Source: an uncultured delta proteobacterium
GTDB taxonomy: Bacteria > Desulfobacterota > Desulfobacteria > Desulfobacterales > SG8-13
Reading direction: 5' to 3'
Length of the DNA stretch: 64,000 nucleotides
Assembly (NCBI GenBank): GCA_963848135.1
Contig: CAWKCK010000004.1
Span: 124,001-188,000, forward strand
In this document: positions 61,492 through 64,000 of the stretch, piece after piece
How the letters are laid out: every line of letters starts with the position of its first letter
Position numbering within the stretch: position 1 is the stretch's first letter
Position numbers and translations under genes: made by a program
The notes under the pieces: generated by a model
The model's input: the letters and a program-made list of their open reading frames with translations, nothing else
Told to the model about the DNA's origin: nothing
The model's database searches: none

Positions 61492-61886
61492 AACCTAAAG
61501 ACATCGAAATACTAATTAAACATCGTCTGGAGCAGGCCCAGGAGGCATTAGGCGACGCGAAATATTTGATCGATGGCAATCGCAGTCCTCAGAGTATTGT
61601 CAATAGGTCATATTATGCGATGTTCTATGCTGCTCTCGCACTTCTCCAAAAGATTTCTAAGGCTCCTTCTAAGCATGCTGGAGTGATAAGTCTATTCGAC
61701 AAAGAATTCGTAATGAAGGGCATCTTTGACAAATCCCTATCAAAAGATTTTCACAGGGCATTTGAACTTCGTCAATCAGTCGATTATAAAATCATCAAAC
61801 CTATTACTGCCGAAAAAGCCAATGAAATTTGGCAAAAAGCTGTGAAATTTGTTGAGGCACTTGAGGTTTATCTTATCAAAAACTGA
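61488..61886 (+). CDS. HEPN-domain protein
   Basis: NRSYYAMFYA, SKHAGVISLF, LRQSVDY. Confidence 0.88.
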   Translation: MKPKDIEILIKHRLEQAQEALGDAKYLIDGNRSPQSIVNRSYYAMFYAALALLQKISKAPSKHAGVISLFDKEFVMKGIFDKSLSKDFHRAFELRQSVDYKIIKPITAEKANEIWQKAVKFVEALEVYLIKN

Positions 61887-62119
61887 GCTGCCCCGTCCCG
61901 CCGCGGCGGGGTTACATAAAATCGCGTACGATTTTATCCCGATATAAAGTTAAAAAGTTGAGAACGTCCCCGAAAGCCCTTGTTATCGGCCCCGTCCCGC
62001 CATGGCGGGATTAAAGAAAGTCGAGAACGATTTTGTTGAAGATAAGTTTTATTTAATTCTATAAAGAAGTTTAAATGTTGAGAACGTCCCCAAAACCCCA
62101 AAACCCCTGGTGATTTAAA

Positions 62120-62422
62120 ATGACTATAAGAGCAAACATATCTAATGAGGTTTTATTCAAAATCAAAGGTCTCAAGGAAGAGTTGGCAGATCGGTACTCA
62201 GTTCTTAGCATCGGTGTATTTGGGTCGGCGGTAAAAGGGCGCTACAGTAAGGAAAGCGATGTCGACATTTTGGTTGAATTGAATGATCCGACTTTTGATC
62301 ATTACATGGAGCTTAAATTCCGATTGGAGGAAATATTAGGGCGTGATGTGGACTTGGTTCTTAAGGATTCGCTCAAACCCAGATTGAGGACGGTTATTGA
62401 AAAAGAGGTTCGCTATGTCTAG
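62120..62422 (+). CDS. MntA-like nucleotidyltransferase antitoxin
   Basis: FGSAVKG...SDVDILVE; GRDVDLV. Confidence 0.9.
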   Translation: MTIRANISNEVLFKIKGLKEELADRYSVLSIGVFGSAVKGRYSKESDVDILVELNDPTFDHYMELKFRLEEILGRDVDLVLKDSLKPRLRTVIEKEVRYV

Positions 62423-62774
62423 AGATTATCGCCTCTACTTGGACGATATCATAGAAGCAATCAGGAGAATCAAGGAATTTACAGATAGCGTGGACTTTAA
62501 TACCTTCAAGCAGGATTTAAAAACGCAGGATGCGGTCGTTCGTAATCTAGAGATAATTGGCGAGGCTTCTGGAAGACTACCAGAAATGGTTCGTCAGTCA
62601 GCCCCAGAAATTGAATGGCGAAAAATAGTTGGTATACGAAATATTCTTGCACACGAATATTTTGGTATTAGCTTGCCGATCGTCTGGGATATCGTACAAA
62701 ATAAGCTGGATGAGTTGGCCGAGGTATGTATACATCTTGTTTCAGAATTCAATGATAATGATTCTAAAGAGTAA
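62415..62774 (+). CDS. HepT/DUF86 HEPN ribonuclease toxin
   Basis: DAVVRNLEIIGEA; RNILAHEY (RX4HXY). Confidence 0.9.
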   Translation: MSRDYRLYLDDIIEAIRRIKEFTDSVDFNTFKQDLKTQDAVVRNLEIIGEASGRLPEMVRQSAPEIEWRKIVGIRNILAHEYFGISLPIVWDIVQNKLDELAEVCIHLVSEFNDNDSKE

Positions 62775-62971
62775 CCCGAAGGGTCGACTGATTATCCTTT
62801 GCGAATGTCCGCAAAGGATAAAACGGTGTTGTCTGTGTGGGTCTGTGGCCAAAAAGAAATCTAATCAAACAATTTTCCATTAACGAATCACGATTAACAA
62901 AAACTAAATTCCTTAATTCCCCAATCAGAGACTATTTTCATATTTCTATTTAAGTTGGAAAGTAATAGAGA

Positions 62972-63280
62972 ATGCATACAGACATCCTAAATGAAACTAA
63001 ACGAAGGAAACTGGCAGATTTCTGCCAAAAAAATCATATTGTCAAGCTTTCCATCTTTGGTTCTACCGTCCGGGGAGAATCAACTGCGCAAAGCGATATC
63101 GATCTGCTGGTTGAGTTCAGACCAGGGCACACCCCCGGCTTGATCACATTGGCTGGAATGGAAATTGAGCTGTCAACCATCATGGGTAAAAAAGTGGACT
63201 TGCGAACAGCTCAGGATCTAAGCACCTACTTCAGACATGATGTGCTTGCAGAAGCAAAGGCCGCCTATGTTGAAACATGA
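62972..63280 (+). CDS. MntA-like nucleotidyltransferase antitoxin
   Basis: FGSTVRG...SDIDLLVEF; GKKVDLRT. Confidence 0.9.
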   Translation: MHTDILNETKRRKLADFCQKNHIVKLSIFGSTVRGESTAQSDIDLLVEFRPGHTPGLITLAGMEIELSTIMGKKVDLRTAQDLSTYFRHDVLAEAKAAYVET

Positions 63281-63597
63281 TTTGATCAGGCTGTTGCATA
63301 TGCGCGATGCTGTTGAGGAGGCGATGTCATTCGTGCAAGAATCTCGACCAGGATCGAAAGCTCGTATTGGCACTGATGAAGGACATTGAAATCGTTGGAG
63401 AGGCTGCAAGCCGTATCTCAAAAGAGACTCAGCTTAATATCCCAGAGATACCATGGGCAAATATCGTCGGGATGCGAAACCGCCTCATTCATGCCTATTT
63501 TGATATCAATTTAGATATTCTGTGGCAAACTGTAAACAGAGATCTGCCGGAATTGTCCAAGAAGTTAGCGAAGGCTATTGCAGACCACGAAAAGTAA
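63267..63597 (+). pseudogene. HepT/DUF86 toxin, frameshifted near 63339
   Basis: MLKHDLIRLLHMRDAVEEAMSFVQ in one frame; NLDQDRK...EIVGEAA...RNRLIHAY in another. Confidence 0.75.
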
Positions 63598-63770
63598 TCG
63601 CTTACGTAAATTTACGATTCGTTCAAATTTTTTATGAAAACAAGATAAAATTGAGCGAGGTATCTGGATAGGGTAGAGAAAAATGAATTTGGACAGGGGG
63701 GGAAGGGGGGAAGCAGAAGCGTGTGTGAAGCGCGGGGGAGGTTTATCACCCCTGGGCGCACCTATCGACC

Positions 63771-64000
63771 TTACACGGTGGCAACCTTGAGGATCTTTAG
63801 CCCCTTTCTGATATTATATGCAGCCTGACGGCACCAGACATCGAATTTATTTTTGGTAGTCGTTGTAAATCTTGCTCTTTTAGCCTGATCGTGCAGATGG
63901 CTGATGCCGAAGTATTGCTCAACAATGTAGCGAACCTTTGAGATTGGATTTATTGCGTTCAATTTCAATATTCAGTAAGCTTGGCAGTGGTGGAATCTTT
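63771..64000 (-). mobile_element. 3' end of an IS5-like DDE transposase; continues beyond the window, frameshifted here
   Basis: ISKVRYIVEQYFG (R..VE..F motif)...RARF...AYN. Confidence 0.7.

Noticed and set aside
59590..63600. Integron cassette array
   Set aside because: No convincing RYYYAAC...GTTRRRY attC pairs after the stop codons and no integrase in the window.
1..64000. tRNA or rRNA genes
   Set aside because: None recognised by eye; tRNAscan-SE and Infernal were not run.

Overview
This looks like a ~55% GC deltaproteobacterial genome segment, probably Desulfobacterales (inferred from gene order, protein style and intergenic repeats). Bases 1-43.2 kb hold a near-complete flagellar gene cluster. 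On the minus strand is flagellin-flbT-flaF-TPR gene. On the plus strand are two sigma54 activators, flgBC-fliEFGHIJK-flgDE-fliLMNOPQR-flhBAFG-fliA, flgFGAHIJMNKL and small accessory genes, ending with a minus-strand PilZ brake-like gene. Sigma54, sigma28 and FleQ-box-like motifs are visible. No motAB, fliD, fliS, fliW/csrA or che genes lie in the window. Bases 43.3-50 kb hold IS200-like remnants, a long inverted repeat, a hybrid histidine kinase, a livF remnant and lactate-utilisation genes. Bases 50-64 kb are a polysaccharide-type locus (wecB, nucleotide-sugar dehydrogenase, gmd, S8-like protease, SGNH hydrolase) with five toxin-antitoxin modules and an IS transposase end; the spacers are mosaics of short-period repeats. 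Several genes carry single-base frameshifts that look like long-read errors. Main leads: (1) an alphaproteobacterial-style flagellin/FlbT/FlaF module under FliA/FlgM control, with a linked TPR protein and a FlgL carrying an inserted FlgD-Ig-like domain; (2) ~110-150 bp palindromic elements with different arms but a shared internal layout; (3) a CCCG-ended MITE family that sits at TAG stop codons; (4) a repeat-bracketed cassette organisation of the polysaccharide/TA island.
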